DNA from: an uncultured Planctomycetota bacterium
GTDB taxonomy: Bacteria > Planctomycetota > Planctomycetia > Isosphaerales > Isosphaeraceae
Direction: 5' to 3'
Assembly (NCBI GenBank): GCA_963845755.1
Contig: CAWJTV010000033.1
Location: 192,001 to 256,000, forward strand
Length of the DNA: 64,000 nucleotides
The translations under genes and the position numbers were made by a program. This document shows positions 11,509-21,190 of this stretch, piece after piece (position 1 is the stretch's first letter; each line of letters begins with the position of its first letter). A model generated the notes under the pieces. That model had not been told where the DNA came from. It did not search any database and saw nothing but the letters and a program-made list of their open reading frames with translations.

Positions 11509-12597
11509 TCAATGAGTGGTCGCGACGAAGCCATGGAAGACCCCGTTCGCGTCCGAGTAGAAGCCCGTAATCTCGCCGGAATTGGTAATGCCCGTGATCT
11601 GGGTGACCTCCACGCCATTGTTGAATGCTTCGTTGGGGTCATCCAGGAAGGTGTATTGCCCGGTCCGCGTGTTATAGAGGAATCCGTGCTGACTGGTCGT
11701 GGAGTCGCCGTAGTAGCCCACGGCGATCCCATGGTCGTTGACCCCGAGGATCTGGGAAAAGACGAACGTGGCGCCTGGTTCTCCAGGGACGGTCGGGATG
11801 GTCGGGTCCGCAACCGCGATGCCCGTGAGAGTACCATGCCTCGCCGCCTTCGCGATGGCGATGAATCCGTGGTCCTGGCCATCGGTGCCGACGTAGAACC
11901 CGACCACCAGGCCGTGGTTGTTCACGCCCTGGGCATTCACGACGTTCGGCCCCGACGGGGCATTGATCGTGATGTAAGTCTTGCCATGGACCTGAAGGAA
12001 CCCCGGCGTCGCGGTCGAGGTCACGTACTGGCCGACGACCGCCCCCTGGTCATTGATCCCGAAGGCCACCGCCGACGAACCGCCCTGAGGAATGAACGTC
12101 TTGAGGTTGCCGCGCCGGCCGAGCGTGAACGCGTTCCCGTTTCCATCCGTGCCCACGACCGTGCCGCCGGAATTGATCCCGAACGCCATCGCCTGCGTCG
12201 ATCCGTTGATGCTCAAACGCTCGACTGCCGTGGCCTTGCGGGGATTCACCGCGAAGTTCTGGAAGTTTCCATCGTTGGAAATGGTGAATCCGACGGCGGC
12301 GCCTGAGTTCGAAATGCCGTTCATGTTCGTCCCGGCGCCTGCGTTCGTGCCCGGAGTCGGACCGTCGAAGTTGGTGAAACTGAAGCCGTGGGAGAAGACG
12401 TTGTTGAGGAGCCCGATCGTCGGCCCGCTGGCCCGAGACTGGTGATCGTCGTGATGTTTGACGTCCGCCACCTGGGCCGGGCCGCTCAGATGGTGCATGG
12501 GATGCATCGGCGCCGCATTGAGCAAGGCGCGATCTTCCAGCGGGTTCAAGGAGGGACGGAGGTCGCGGCGGCGCGGCGATCGACGTTTCTGGAACAT
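11509..12597 (-). CDS. planctomycete LExRxL-motif exported protein with HAF-like repeats
   Basis: N-terminus MFQKRRSPRRRDLRPSLNPLEDRALL and repeated A-x-G-I/V-N-x-x-G-x-V-V-G...HGF units. Confidence 0.8.
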   Translation of the reverse strand: MFQKRRSPRRRDLRPSLNPLEDRALLNAAPMHPMHHLSGPAQVADVKHHDDHQSRASGPTIGLLNNVFSHGFSFTNFDGPTPGTNAGAGTNMNGISNSGAAVGFTISNDGNFQNFAVNPRKATAVERLSINGSTQAMAFGINSGGTVVGTDGNGNAFTLGRRGNLKTFIPQGGSSAVAFGINDQGAVVGQYVTSTATPGFLQVHGKTYITINAPSGPNVVNAQGVNNHGLVVGFYVGTDGQDHGFIAIAKAARHGTLTGIAVADPTIPTVPGEPGATFVFSQILGVNDHGIAVGYYGDSTTSQHGFLYNTRTGQYTFLDDPNEAFNNGVEVTQITGITNSGEITGFYSDANGVFHGFVATTH

Positions 12598-13293
12598 GGA
12601 GTATCTCCCGGGGTTGAGAGGACCGAAGCCATGCGATCGCGAGAGGACGGCCATTCCGCCGCGCACGAGCGGCCGGACCGTCCTCGGGATCGCGGGATCG
12701 CGATCAGAACAATGGGGATTGAGATTCGCCGGGCACGGAAGTGCCGGTCGAGGAACCGTGCGGTCAGGGGAGGCGCCCGCACCGATGTCGCGGGCTCGAG
12801 ATTCGACTTGCTGGGGGCACCGCAAACCTCCGTCAGGCTTGACAACGACCGACTCGCCGCTCACTCGCGGACTCGGCTCGAATCGGTCTCTACCAGAGAC
12901 ATTGCCAGATGTGGTGGCGACCGGACACCTCATCCCGGAGACGCTTCTCGACGGCCGGCTCCCCACGGATCCCGCCGTGGCAGGATCGGCTCCTGCGATC
13001 CAACCGGCACAGGCGAGGTAAGCGGGACGTCCGATGTGGATGGCACACCGTTCACGACAAGACCTCGAATCGGTAGGATCTTCGGAATGCGGACAACTTC
13101 CGCTCGGAGTCGGACGACACAATTAACGAGAGGTGACCACGACCACGACCAGCTCGCCGCGGGGCGCCCGCGGATCGAGTGCGGTCGCGGTCGGCCGGCT
13201 TGCGTATTCAACAGAGTTCATCGTCGGGGACCCGTCCGGCTCTCCTTCTCCGCGCGGAGAGGCCGTGGACTCCCGGCTGCGGGGAGGTGTTCG

Positions 13294-14373
13294 GTGTTGC
13301 TGAGCGATTCTCGACATGTGCGGCCGGAGCGACGCGCCCGACGCCGGACCAATCTGGCCGACCTGGAGCGCCTGGAGACGCGCGACCTCATGGCATTCTC
13401 CCGCCTGGGTTTCTCGCTTCCTGACCTGAAGATCACCGGCATATCCGGTTCGCCGGCCGCCTGGGGCGGGACCCTCGGCCTCACCGCCACGGTCGACAAC
13501 ATCGGCAGCAGCTCGATCACCAACCCGATCGCGCAGGCGCCGGGTAACCTCAGTACGGCCGATGCTCCCGCGTCGTCGGTCGCCATCCTGATCACGCCCC
13601 TTCGCCGCTCCCTCAAGGGCGCCATCGAGATTGGCACATTCACCGCGCCCGCGGTCCCCCAGAATAGCCTGGAACAGCTCTCGGTGGCGTTGACGCTCCC
13701 GTCCCAACCCGCGGGATTTGCCGGCCCGGGAGGTCGGTTCTTCGTCCGCCTGGTCGCCAACGCCAACGGTTCGATGGTGGAAGCGAACCGATCCAACAAC
13801 GTGAGCCGGCCCATTCCCATCAACATCGTCTCCAGTGCCCTGCCGGAACTGCGGGCGGTCTCCCTGGGCGTCCCGGCCACAATGCAGCCGGGCGACACGA
13901 TCACGCCGCAGATCACGATCGCGAACTTCGGCTCGGCACCATCGAGTACGCCGCTCCAGGTGGCCCTGGTCGCGTCCACGACCCAGAGCTTCACCGTGGG
14001 CAGCTCGATCATCGCCCTTTACAACGTCGAGACGAGCATCCCCGGCGCCTACCAGACCGGGAACAACACCCTGACCTTCACCGGACCCGCCGTCACCTTG
14101 CCAACCAGCCCCGCCACTTACTTCATCGGAGTGGTCGTCGATCCGTACGGTCAAATGAACCAGCTCGGCACCCCCTCGAACGTCTTCGAGCAGATCCACG
14201 TCGTCGGCCCGTCGAACTCGGGCCTGCCGCCGGCCGGCGTCGTCTCGACCCCGAATGACGAGCCGTTCCCCTTGCCGCCGACGGGCATCTTCATCGGAAT
14301 CTCTCCCGTCGCGGGCGAGAACACCAGCTCGATCCAGACCAGTCCTCCGCTCAGCCCGATCAGCGTGGTGTGA
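13294..14373 (+). CDS. planctomycete LExRxL-motif exported protein with CARDB/Ig-like domains
   Basis: RRARRRTNLADLERLETRDLMA, then two beta-rich domains (PDL...TVDNIG...VEANRSNN and PEL...TIANFG...YFIGVVVDP). The ORF-track extension to 12388 is shadow of the opposite-strand gene. Confidence 0.72.
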   Translation: MLLSDSRHVRPERRARRRTNLADLERLETRDLMAFSRLGFSLPDLKITGISGSPAAWGGTLGLTATVDNIGSSSITNPIAQAPGNLSTADAPASSVAILITPLRRSLKGAIEIGTFTAPAVPQNSLEQLSVALTLPSQPAGFAGPGGRFFVRLVANANGSMVEANRSNNVSRPIPINIVSSALPELRAVSLGVPATMQPGDTITPQITIANFGSAPSSTPLQVALVASTTQSFTVGSSIIALYNVETSIPGAYQTGNNTLTFTGPAVTLPTSPATYFIGVVVDPYGQMNQLGTPSNVFEQIHVVGPSNSGLPPAGVVSTPNDEPFPLPPTGIFIGISPVAGENTSSIQTSPPLSPISVV

Positions 14374-14685
14374 TCGGACGGCCGGGGCTGCAGATGACCG
14401 CCACCACGTGACCACGGGCCCACGCCCGTGGTCACGGACCGTAGCCGGCTTCACCCGCGCCCGTGCACCGTGCGTGCGCGGATCGAGACGGTCCTGCTCG
14501 CCCCCGGGCCGCAATCGAGACGTCCACAGCCGCGGCGGCGCGGGCCGTCTCTCCGCCCGACTCGCCGATCACGCCCATCGCGATGGCTTGACCCTGACGG
14601 CGACCGCTTCCTACAATCGACCCCTCGAAGGGCACCGCGCCCGACATCACCACGCTCCTCCTCGCTCACCGGGTCGATCTTCCGC

Positions 14686-15684
14686 ATGATTCGCCGATAT
14701 GTTAATCAGTTGACACATGGAGACTCGGTCGACGAGGTCTTCCTCGTCGCCGACAAGCAGCTCCGGGCCAATCGCCAGGGGAACCTGTACCTCCAACTGG
14801 AGCTCAGGGACAAGACCGGGAGCATCGGGGCGCGGCTCTGGAACGCGACCGAGGAGCTCGCCCGGACCTTCGAGCCCGGAGACTACCTGCGGATCCGGGG
14901 CAAGACGCAGGTGTTCCAGGGCTCGCTCCAGATCATCCTGACCCACATCGACGCGATCGACGGGTCCCAGGTCGAGCCCGAGGAGTTCCTCCCGCAGAGC
15001 TCGCAGAGCGTGGCCAAGCTGATGGGGCGGCTCCGCGAGGTCCTGCTGGCGATGAGCAACCCGCACCTCCGCGCCCTGATCGAGTGCTTCCTGATCGACG
15101 ACGACTTCGTCCGGAAGTTCACCCTCGCGCCGGCGGGGATCAAGAACCATCATGCCTATCAGGGCGGGCTCGCCGAGCACGTGGTGACCCTGCTGAACGT
15201 CGCCGACCGGATCATGGGGTTCTACCCGGAAGTCGATCGCGACCTGCTCATGACCGGCATCTTCCTCCACGACATCGGCAAGGTCGACGAGCTGTCCTAC
15301 GACCGGGCGTTCGCCTACACGGACGAAGGTCAGCTCGTGGGCCACCTGGTCATGGGCGTGGAGATGCTGGCAGAGAAGGTCGAGCGTTGTGCCGAGCTCA
15401 TGGGCGAGCCGTTCCCCCCCGAGCTGCTCCTGCGCCTCAAGCACATGATCGTCAGCCACCACGGCAACTTCGAGTACGGCAGCCCGAAATTGCCGATGAC
15501 CCTCGAAGCCATCGCGCTCCACCTGCTGGACAACCTGGACGCCAAGATCCACGCGTTCAGCCGCGAGATCCGCGACGATCCCAGCCGCGACTCGAGCTGG
15601 ACGCCGTTCCAGCAGAACCTGGGCCGACGGTTGTTCAAGGGCAACCCCAACGCGAACGGGAGCGACGGCGGGGCAGAGCTCTGA
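14686..15684 (+). CDS. yhaM: OB-fold/HD-domain 3'-5' exoribonuclease, YhaM/Cbf family
   Basis: N-terminal OB fold (YLQLELRDKTGSIGARLW), then PAGIKNHHAYQGGLAEH, LHDIGK, VSHHG and LDNLDAK. Confidence 0.88.
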   Translation: MIRRYVNQLTHGDSVDEVFLVADKQLRANRQGNLYLQLELRDKTGSIGARLWNATEELARTFEPGDYLRIRGKTQVFQGSLQIILTHIDAIDGSQVEPEEFLPQSSQSVAKLMGRLREVLLAMSNPHLRALIECFLIDDDFVRKFTLAPAGIKNHHAYQGGLAEHVVTLLNVADRIMGFYPEVDRDLLMTGIFLHDIGKVDELSYDRAFAYTDEGQLVGHLVMGVEMLAEKVERCAELMGEPFPPELLLRLKHMIVSHHGNFEYGSPKLPMTLEAIALHLLDNLDAKIHAFSREIRDDPSRDSSWTPFQQNLGRRLFKGNPNANGSDGGAEL

Positions 15685-15724
15685 TCTCACGTTCGCGGAC
15701 CACTCTCGGCCACGGGACCCTGCG

Positions 15725-16337
15725 ATGCCATCATTCCGAATCTCCTTGGCAGCCCTGATGGGGATCATCGGGGTCATCGCACTGGGCCTCGCCGGGATGG
15801 TCTCGGCCTCGACCTTCTGGACGGCGTCCGCGGCGACCGTCACGCTTGCCCTCCTCCTGGCGGCCATCTTCGAGCGCCCGCCTGAGCGACGGGACCGACC
15901 GTGCGATCTCGTCCGGATTCGCCCTGTTCGGCTGGACTTACCTGCTGCTGGTGAACTGGGACTGGGTCGGCGGCCAGTTCGGCCACGACCTGACGGCGGG
16001 CCTGAGTGACGTTGCCGAGGCGATTTTCCCCGAGGTCAGAGCCCCCGTATTACCGCCGTCGCAATCGACCATGCCCCCGGTGCAAGCGATTCAGACCGTG
16101 ACGGTGAAACCCGGTCAGACGCCCGCGGACCTGACGCCTCCAACTCCTCCGGTCCTCACACAATTCGAATACCTCGAGCTGGTGCACCGGCGGCAGACGA
16201 AGATCGGCAACTTCGCCCAGATCGGTCGCATGATCCTCTCGCTCCTCTTCGCGATGCTGGGCGGTTTCCTCGGCCGTTTGCTGGCGCAACGTCGCGAATC
16301 ACGGTCGAGACCGGCGGAGCGGGCGGAAACCGGGTAG
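15725..16337 (+). CDS. planctomycete multi-pass membrane protein with R-I/F-x-L-x-x-L-M leader (frameshift near 15870)
   Basis: ORFs 15725..16009 and 15846..16337 join. Shares GFA-x-x-GW-x-YL and LLGG/MLGG-x-L motifs with 44246..44785. Confidence 0.65.
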
Positions 16338-16371
16338 TCCCGAGTCGCTGGATTCCGACTGGATCGACGAC

Positions 16372-16572
16372 CTGGTGAAGCGGCGGTTGAAAGATGCCGG
16401 GCTGTCGCCGCATTCGTTTCGCGTGACGGCGATCACCGATTTGCTCAGCCAGGGGATTCCGCTCGAGGACTTGCAATACCTGGCCGGGCATGCCGAGCCG
16501 AGGACGACCGGGCTTTACGACTGGCGGCAGAAGAAAGTGACGCGGAACATCGTGGAGAGGATTTCGATTTGA
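16372..16572 (+). pseudogene. C-terminal remnant of a tyrosine recombinase
   Basis: LVKRRLKDAGLSPHSFRVTAIT...LAGHAEPRTTGLYD...VERISI matches the C-terminus of 19080..20048 at 55/66 aa (manual count). No N-terminal part is present upstream. Confidence 0.92.
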
Positions 16573-16604
16573 TGATATAGGGTTTTGATTCGAGGATCGA
16601 AAAC

Positions 16605-17441
16605 ATGGATGAGAAATTTCATCCGGCACAGGCGGCACTCGCCGCAGGCGATGTCGAGAATTTGGCCTCGCTGTTAGAGGCGGACGCCGGGTTGGCGGCA
16701 GCAGTCTCCCATGCGGAGGACCATCCGACGCTCCTGCAATGCCTCGTACTTACCATGCCACCGGTTGATACCTTGGAAAAGCTGATTGACCTCCTGGCAG
16801 ATCATGGTGCCGAACTGACCGACCCGCTCATCGCGGCGTGCGGGTGCAACAACGAACGCGCGGTCGCGAAATTGCTCGACCTGGGAGCCAGGATCGAGGG
16901 TAACGGCCGCTGGTCGCCCTTGGAGGAAGCCCTGTATTTCGGGCACGAGGCAATCCTGTCGCTCCTGCTCCGGCGGGGAGCCGTCGCCGACAACCTCCGC
17001 ACCGCGGCCGGGGTCGGAGACCTGGAGAAGGTCGCCCGCTGTTTCGATGAGCAGGGCATGTTGACGGCGGCGGCCGGAGAAATCGACTGGCCGTTTGACC
17101 ATAAGGCGATACCGGCAGACTTGCGGCGCGACCGCCAGCAAATGCTCGGAAATGCCCTCGTCTATGCGGCGTCATGGGGGCGTGTGGAAGTGGCAAAATA
17201 TTTGTTGGATCAGGGGGCCCAGGTCAACCTTATCCCCGTAGGTTTTGACTACGCGGGCACGCCGCTCCATTACGCTGCATTCCAAGGCCGGCGGGAGATG
17301 ACTGATATGTTGTTACAACACGGGGCTGATCCCGCCGTGCGGGACACCAAGGTCGATGGTCTGCCGGAAGATTGGGCCGAACATTTCGGCCACACCGATC
17401 TCGCTGAGTACCTCCGGCACGCCCGTCAACGTGCCGAGTGA
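16605..17441 (+). CDS. ankyrin-repeat protein
   Basis: SPLEEALYFGHEAILSLLLRRGA, ALVYAASWGRVEVAKYLLDQGA and GTPLHYAAFQGRREMTDMLLQHGAD. Confidence 0.9.
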   Translation: MDEKFHPAQAALAAGDVENLASLLEADAGLAAAVSHAEDHPTLLQCLVLTMPPVDTLEKLIDLLADHGAELTDPLIAACGCNNERAVAKLLDLGARIEGNGRWSPLEEALYFGHEAILSLLLRRGAVADNLRTAAGVGDLEKVARCFDEQGMLTAAAGEIDWPFDHKAIPADLRRDRQQMLGNALVYAASWGRVEVAKYLLDQGAQVNLIPVGFDYAGTPLHYAAFQGRREMTDMLLQHGADPAVRDTKVDGLPEDWAEHFGHTDLAEYLRHARQRAE

Positions 17442-17615
17442 CGAATTGGTCGGATAACCCTCGGCGTTAAGCTTCCGGCGAGGCCGTTTGTCAAATCCGC
17501 GCGGGTACGGAAGTGGTTTGAGACAGAATCGTTTGAAATCGAGGCGCACCCTTTACGGCAGGCCTGTGGAAGTGATATATTCGCCCTGAATCTGTTGGCA
17601 GTGGAGGTAGCTAAA

Positions 17616-17876
17616 ATGTCCATGCCGGGATTTACCGCGGCAGCCTCGCTTTACAGAACGAGCACGCAGGATTACGGGCGTGCGGCCGCAGAGGATGCTA
17701 GCCGAGCTTCCCTAATACCCGCACTGCGGATTGGGGAAGGGCCGGGCTCGGTCAACTGCAATGACCCTTTTGCCTACTATTGCCTTGAATGCGGCGGAAC
17801 GGGCCCGGGGACGATCAGATGCTGCCCAAATGATGACTGCATCATAATAGACCGCCTGCCGGGGCGCCTTGCCTGA
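17616..17876 (+). CDS. small Cys-rich protein with PGFTAxASL leader
   Basis: GGAGGT SD 7 nt before ATG 17616. 86 aa, starting MSMPGFTAAASLYRTS, with a 6-Cys C-terminal region. Confidence 0.7.
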   Translation: MSMPGFTAAASLYRTSTQDYGRAAAEDASRASLIPALRIGEGPGSVNCNDPFAYYCLECGGTGPGTIRCCPNDDCIIIDRLPGRLA

Positions 17877-18099
17877 CGCCCGCTGGCGTGCAGATGGCCT
17901 GATTCAACATATCTGGATTCACTGCTGAGGTTTCTTTGGATCCCAGCAGCGCCATTTACCGAATGGGCGGTTATACCTGCCCTGCAGGTGACATCGCGCC
18001 CCAAAATGGCGACGGATTGCTCAGCGTGTAGCGATCCGCTCCGCGGAACCAGGTACCGCTGCGGGTCGCCACCGACGCGGCGACGACGCACGTGGGAGT

Positions 18100-18260
18100 C
18101 ATCAGCAGAGCCGGATGGCTAGGACGGGCGCGGCGCGTGAGTCGCGTCAGGAAAACCTCGTGGGCCGCGGCGGGATCGGCGAGGCCCTGAACCCATCCGC
18201 TGCCGGTTTCCGTGAGGTCTCGCTGACGATGCCGCCGTCATCGAAGGTGAACGCGGCCAT
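18100..18260 (-). pseudogene. degraded PIN/VapC-type toxin
   Basis: ATG at 18260, 3 nt after the antitoxin's likely stop. Reads MAAFTFDDGGIV then, after a shift, ETGSGWVQGLADPAAAHEVFLTR, resembling a VapC N-terminus. The rest is missing. Confidence 0.55.
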
Positions 18261-18263
18261 GCG

Positions 18264-18561
18264 TCAGCGCCACTCTCGGATGATCGTGCTCAGACAGTGG
18301 TTCACCCTCGAAGGCGATGGGCTGGAAGGCCGGGCGCGACGCGGGATCGGCAGGAGTGGGCAGGCTCGATATGCGGCCGGATTTCAGGAGGTGTTGCTTG
18401 AATTCCGCTTCGGTCATCCGGGGGCCGGTTGTCGGCGTCGGGACGTGGCTGCGGAGTTGCTCCATCGCGTCGCGGGTGGAATCGTCCTCGGAGCGATAGC
18501 GCCCTGCGAGGACTTGATTATGGACGAACCACTCCAGTTCGGCGGGTAAATGGATCGTCAT
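18264..18561 (-). CDS. ribbon-helix-helix antitoxin (ParD/CopG-like N-terminus)
   Basis: MTIHLPAELEWFVHNQVLAGRYRSEDD. A C-terminal EGEPLSE-TIIREWR* is restored by a 1-nt shift (stop at 18264). Confidence 0.7.
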
Positions 18562-18717
18562 ACGATAGTTTCTCCTTGAGGTCTCAGCTTAACACAGGCG
18601 GGCGGCGTTGCCCCACCGGTCGTCATTGCATCCATGATACCAAGTGATTCTTTTTACTGGGGAAGTTAGCATTGGCCATCAAAACGTACGCAGTCATGTC
18701 AAATTCGAGGCGGTGCC

Positions 18718-19065
18718 ATGAAACGATTCCGGCTGAGCACACTGATGCTCCTGATCGTGATCGCGGCCTTGGTCGTCGCCCTGGCGGTGCAACAGCAGCA
18801 GGCGGGCCGCCGCGAGGCCAAACTCCAGGCCCGCTTGGCTCAGTCCTGGCCGGTCTACCTCAAGCAGCAACGGGAGGAGGCACTGCTACGACGGTTGGTG
18901 GCGAGACGAAGTCCAGGAGGGACCCAACGGCAAGAGCCGGAAGATGCAGAGCTAGACCGCGAGATTGAAGCGATGAAAGAGTTGGCAAAAACGATCGAAA
19001 CGGAAGCTCGGCGGCGACCGAGGCGAGGGACACCGACAGTCGGACGCCGAAGCACGAGTAATTAG
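18718..19065 (+). CDS. small single-TM protein with RFRLSTLM leader and coiled-coil tail
   Basis: MKRFRLSTLMLLIVIAALVVALAV with GAGG SD. Ends 14 nt before the recombinase start. Confidence 0.75.
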   Translation: MKRFRLSTLMLLIVIAALVVALAVQQQQAGRREAKLQARLAQSWPVYLKQQREEALLRRLVARRSPGGTQRQEPEDAELDREIEAMKELAKTIETEARRRPRRGTPTVGRRSTSN

Positions 19066-19079
19066 GGAGGGGATAGAGG

Positions 19080-20048
19080 GTGAGTAGCGAACTGGTGAAC
19101 GTGTCGGCAGCGAACGGCCCGGTCATCGTCGCATCGGCGTTGCTGCCGGAACTGGTCGAGCGGGCAGGGGGGGCGGCACGCTTCGCCTGGGAGGAATTTC
19201 TCTTTGCCGAGCACCACAACCCGCATACGCAGAAAGCCTATCTGCGGGCGGTCAAGGCGTTCCTGGGCTGGGCCGAGGGGCAGGGGGTGGAGCTGGCCAG
19301 CGTCACGCCGGGGATGGTCGGCCGGTATATCGTGGGCCCGGGCGGCTCTCCCGCCAAGCGTAACCAGCATTTGGCGGCGCTGCGCGGCTTCTTCGACCGG
19401 CCGGTGAACCGGCATGTCGGCATCCTCGACCCGGCAGCGTCGGTGCGTGGCGTCAAGGACCAGGTGATCGTGGGCAAGACGCCGGAAATCACCATCGAGC
19501 AGGCTCGGACGCGGCTGCGGTCGGTCGATACCGGCCATGTGGTGGGCTTACGTGATCGGGCGATTCTCGCTACGCTGGCCTATACCGCCTGCCGGGCCGG
19601 GGCGGTCGCCAAGCTGCGGCTGAGCGACTTCCAGAACGACGGGACGCAGTACGTGCTGCGGTTCCAGGAAAAAGGTGGCAAGAGCCGGGAAATTCCGGTG
19701 CGTCACGATCTGGACAAATTTATACTGGCGTATGTCGAAGCGGCGGGCATCGCCGGCGAGGCCAAGGATTCGCCGCTGTTCGGGGCGTCGAACGGCCGGA
19801 GCTGGAAGTTGGCGGCGAAACCGCTGCGTACCGAGCGGATTTGCGAGCTGGTCAAGCGGCGGCTGAAAGACGCCGGGCTGTCGCCGCATTCGTTCCGGGT
19901 GACGGCGATCACCTCGCTGCTGGAGCAGGGGGTGCCGATCGAAAACATGCAATACCTGGCCGGGCATGCGGAGCCGCGAACGACGACGCTTTACGACCGG
20001 CGGAAGAAGGAAGTCACGCGGAACATCGTCGAGCGGATTCCGATTTGA
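19080..20048 (+). mobile_element. tyrosine recombinase/integrase (full length)
   Basis: 322 aa with the catalytic set R (TACR), K (EKGGK), HxxR (HSFR), H (LAGH) and Y (TTLYD). N-terminal SAM-like region NPHTQKAYLRAV. Confidence 0.93.
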
Positions 20049-20249
20049 TGTCCAATGATATGTGGAGGCTACGTTGAAGTGCGTTGTCCTACTCGGGTTC
20101 CCAAATCTGCGGTTTTGCTGTTTCCCGACGGAGCCTAGAATCTGAGGGCTGATCGACTTACCGATCCCAGCCGGAGCCTGATCCCGCATCAAGTTCAGGG
20201 TGGAAAGACGTTCTTCGAGGCGAAGAAACTTCAAATGGAGGGGGCCGAA

Positions 20250-20510
20250 GTGAAGACCATCCACAAGTACTCACTTGATACAACCCGCGAAGACAAGATC
20301 ACCGTCATGATGCCCCTTGTCGCCAAAATCGTGATGGTCGGATCGCAGAACGGTCAGCCTTTCCTCTGGGCCATAGTGAACTCAGAAAGCCCCCTGATCG
20401 AAAGGCATTACCGCCTGATCGCTACCGGCCAACCAATCCCCGGCGGATATGAACATGTTGCGAGTTTCACCAGGAACAACGGCGAGTCCACCTGGCACCT
20501 TTTCGAGTGA
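20250..20510 (+). CDS. small hypothetical protein resembling a phage-associated family (DUF7352-like)
   Basis: GGAGG SD then GTG. Reads KTIHKYSL...MP..AKIV.V..QNG.P.LWAIV...TGQPI...WHLFE. Family name recalled from memory, not searched. Confidence 0.6.
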   Translation: MKTIHKYSLDTTREDKITVMMPLVAKIVMVGSQNGQPFLWAIVNSESPLIERHYRLIATGQPIPGGYEHVASFTRNNGESTWHLFE

Positions 20511-20651
20511 CGGAGCGATCGTTTTTTTCTGGACGACCTTGAATTCTCCGATTGGCTAGTGCCGGTGAGCGTCGATGACCAATGCCAAGGACGGCCGCAC
20601 GGTCGCCGAGCTAATTGGCCTACGCCGTCATGTTCGATTCGAGGTGGTGCC

Positions 20652-20915
20652 ATGCGACGTTTCTGGCCGAGGACGCTGATGCTCTTGATCGTGATCGCGG
20701 TCTTGGTCTTCGCCCTGGTGTTGCTCGATTCCTTACCTAGGCTCATCGTATGGAATTCGTAAGTCCTTGGGCCGAATCTCAGGGCCGAGCTGAACGCTTA
20801 AATTGCTGAGTTGAACCAAAGTAACACGGAGTTGCTAATGAAACTGATAAATGCAGATCAAGGATTCCAGGTCGAGGTGAAGAGGGCAAAGGCCGAGAAA
20901 CCGGAGGTAGAGTGA
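20652..20915 (+). pseudogene. second copy of the RFRL-leader gene, with two in-frame TAA stops
   Basis: MRRFWPRTLMLLIVIAVLVFAL. The same frame continues through TAA 20760 and TAA 20799 as NLRAELNA*IAELNQSN... to TGA 20913-20915. Confidence 0.7.
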
Positions 20916-20949
20916 GCAACGATCTGGTCAAAGCGTCATCGGCAATCGC
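20912..20949 (+). pseudogene. N-terminal remnant of a third recombinase copy
   Basis: GGAGG SD, then GTG AGC AAC GAT CTG GTC AAA (MSNDLVKASSA) versus MSSELVNVSAA at 19080. 27/38 nt identical without gaps (manual count), in the same position relative to the leader gene. Confidence 0.5.
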
Positions 20950-21071
20950 TGTCAATAGACCCGAAGCTTAACGAGGTTAGCGGACCCGAACCTTGACGAG
21001 CTTGAGGTTCTCCTCACGGGGCAGTTTCCTCCAAGTTAAGCAGCCTGCAAATCGAGGCCAGCATGAGCTGA

Positions 21072-21190
21072 GAGTCTGTCCCAGAAGGGGCGGGTCCGGG
21101 CGAGCGGGGGGCGTCAGCCCCCTGTCTTGGAGGTCCGTCGCTCACCGGACAGGGGGCTGACGCCCCCGCTCGCCCTTCTGGGACAGACTC
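21072..21190. mobile_element. MITE-like palindromic element with internal REP-type hairpins
   Basis: Terminal inverted repeat gagtctgtcccagaaggg / cccttctgggacagactc. Inner arms gggcgagcggggggcgtcagccccctgtc / gacagggggctgacgcccccgctcgccc. Flanked by TGA and TTA. Confidence 0.7.

Noticed and set aside
12598..13293. Long intergenic region between the divergent LExRxL genes as a possible riboswitch or sRNA
   Set aside because: No recognisable aptamer, terminator or repeat, so nothing can be supported by eye.
17441..17480. GTTAAGC as a possible integron attC core near the recombinase
   Set aside because: No matching RYYYAAC inverse core and no repeated attC array, and I see no IntI-specific insertion in the recombinase.
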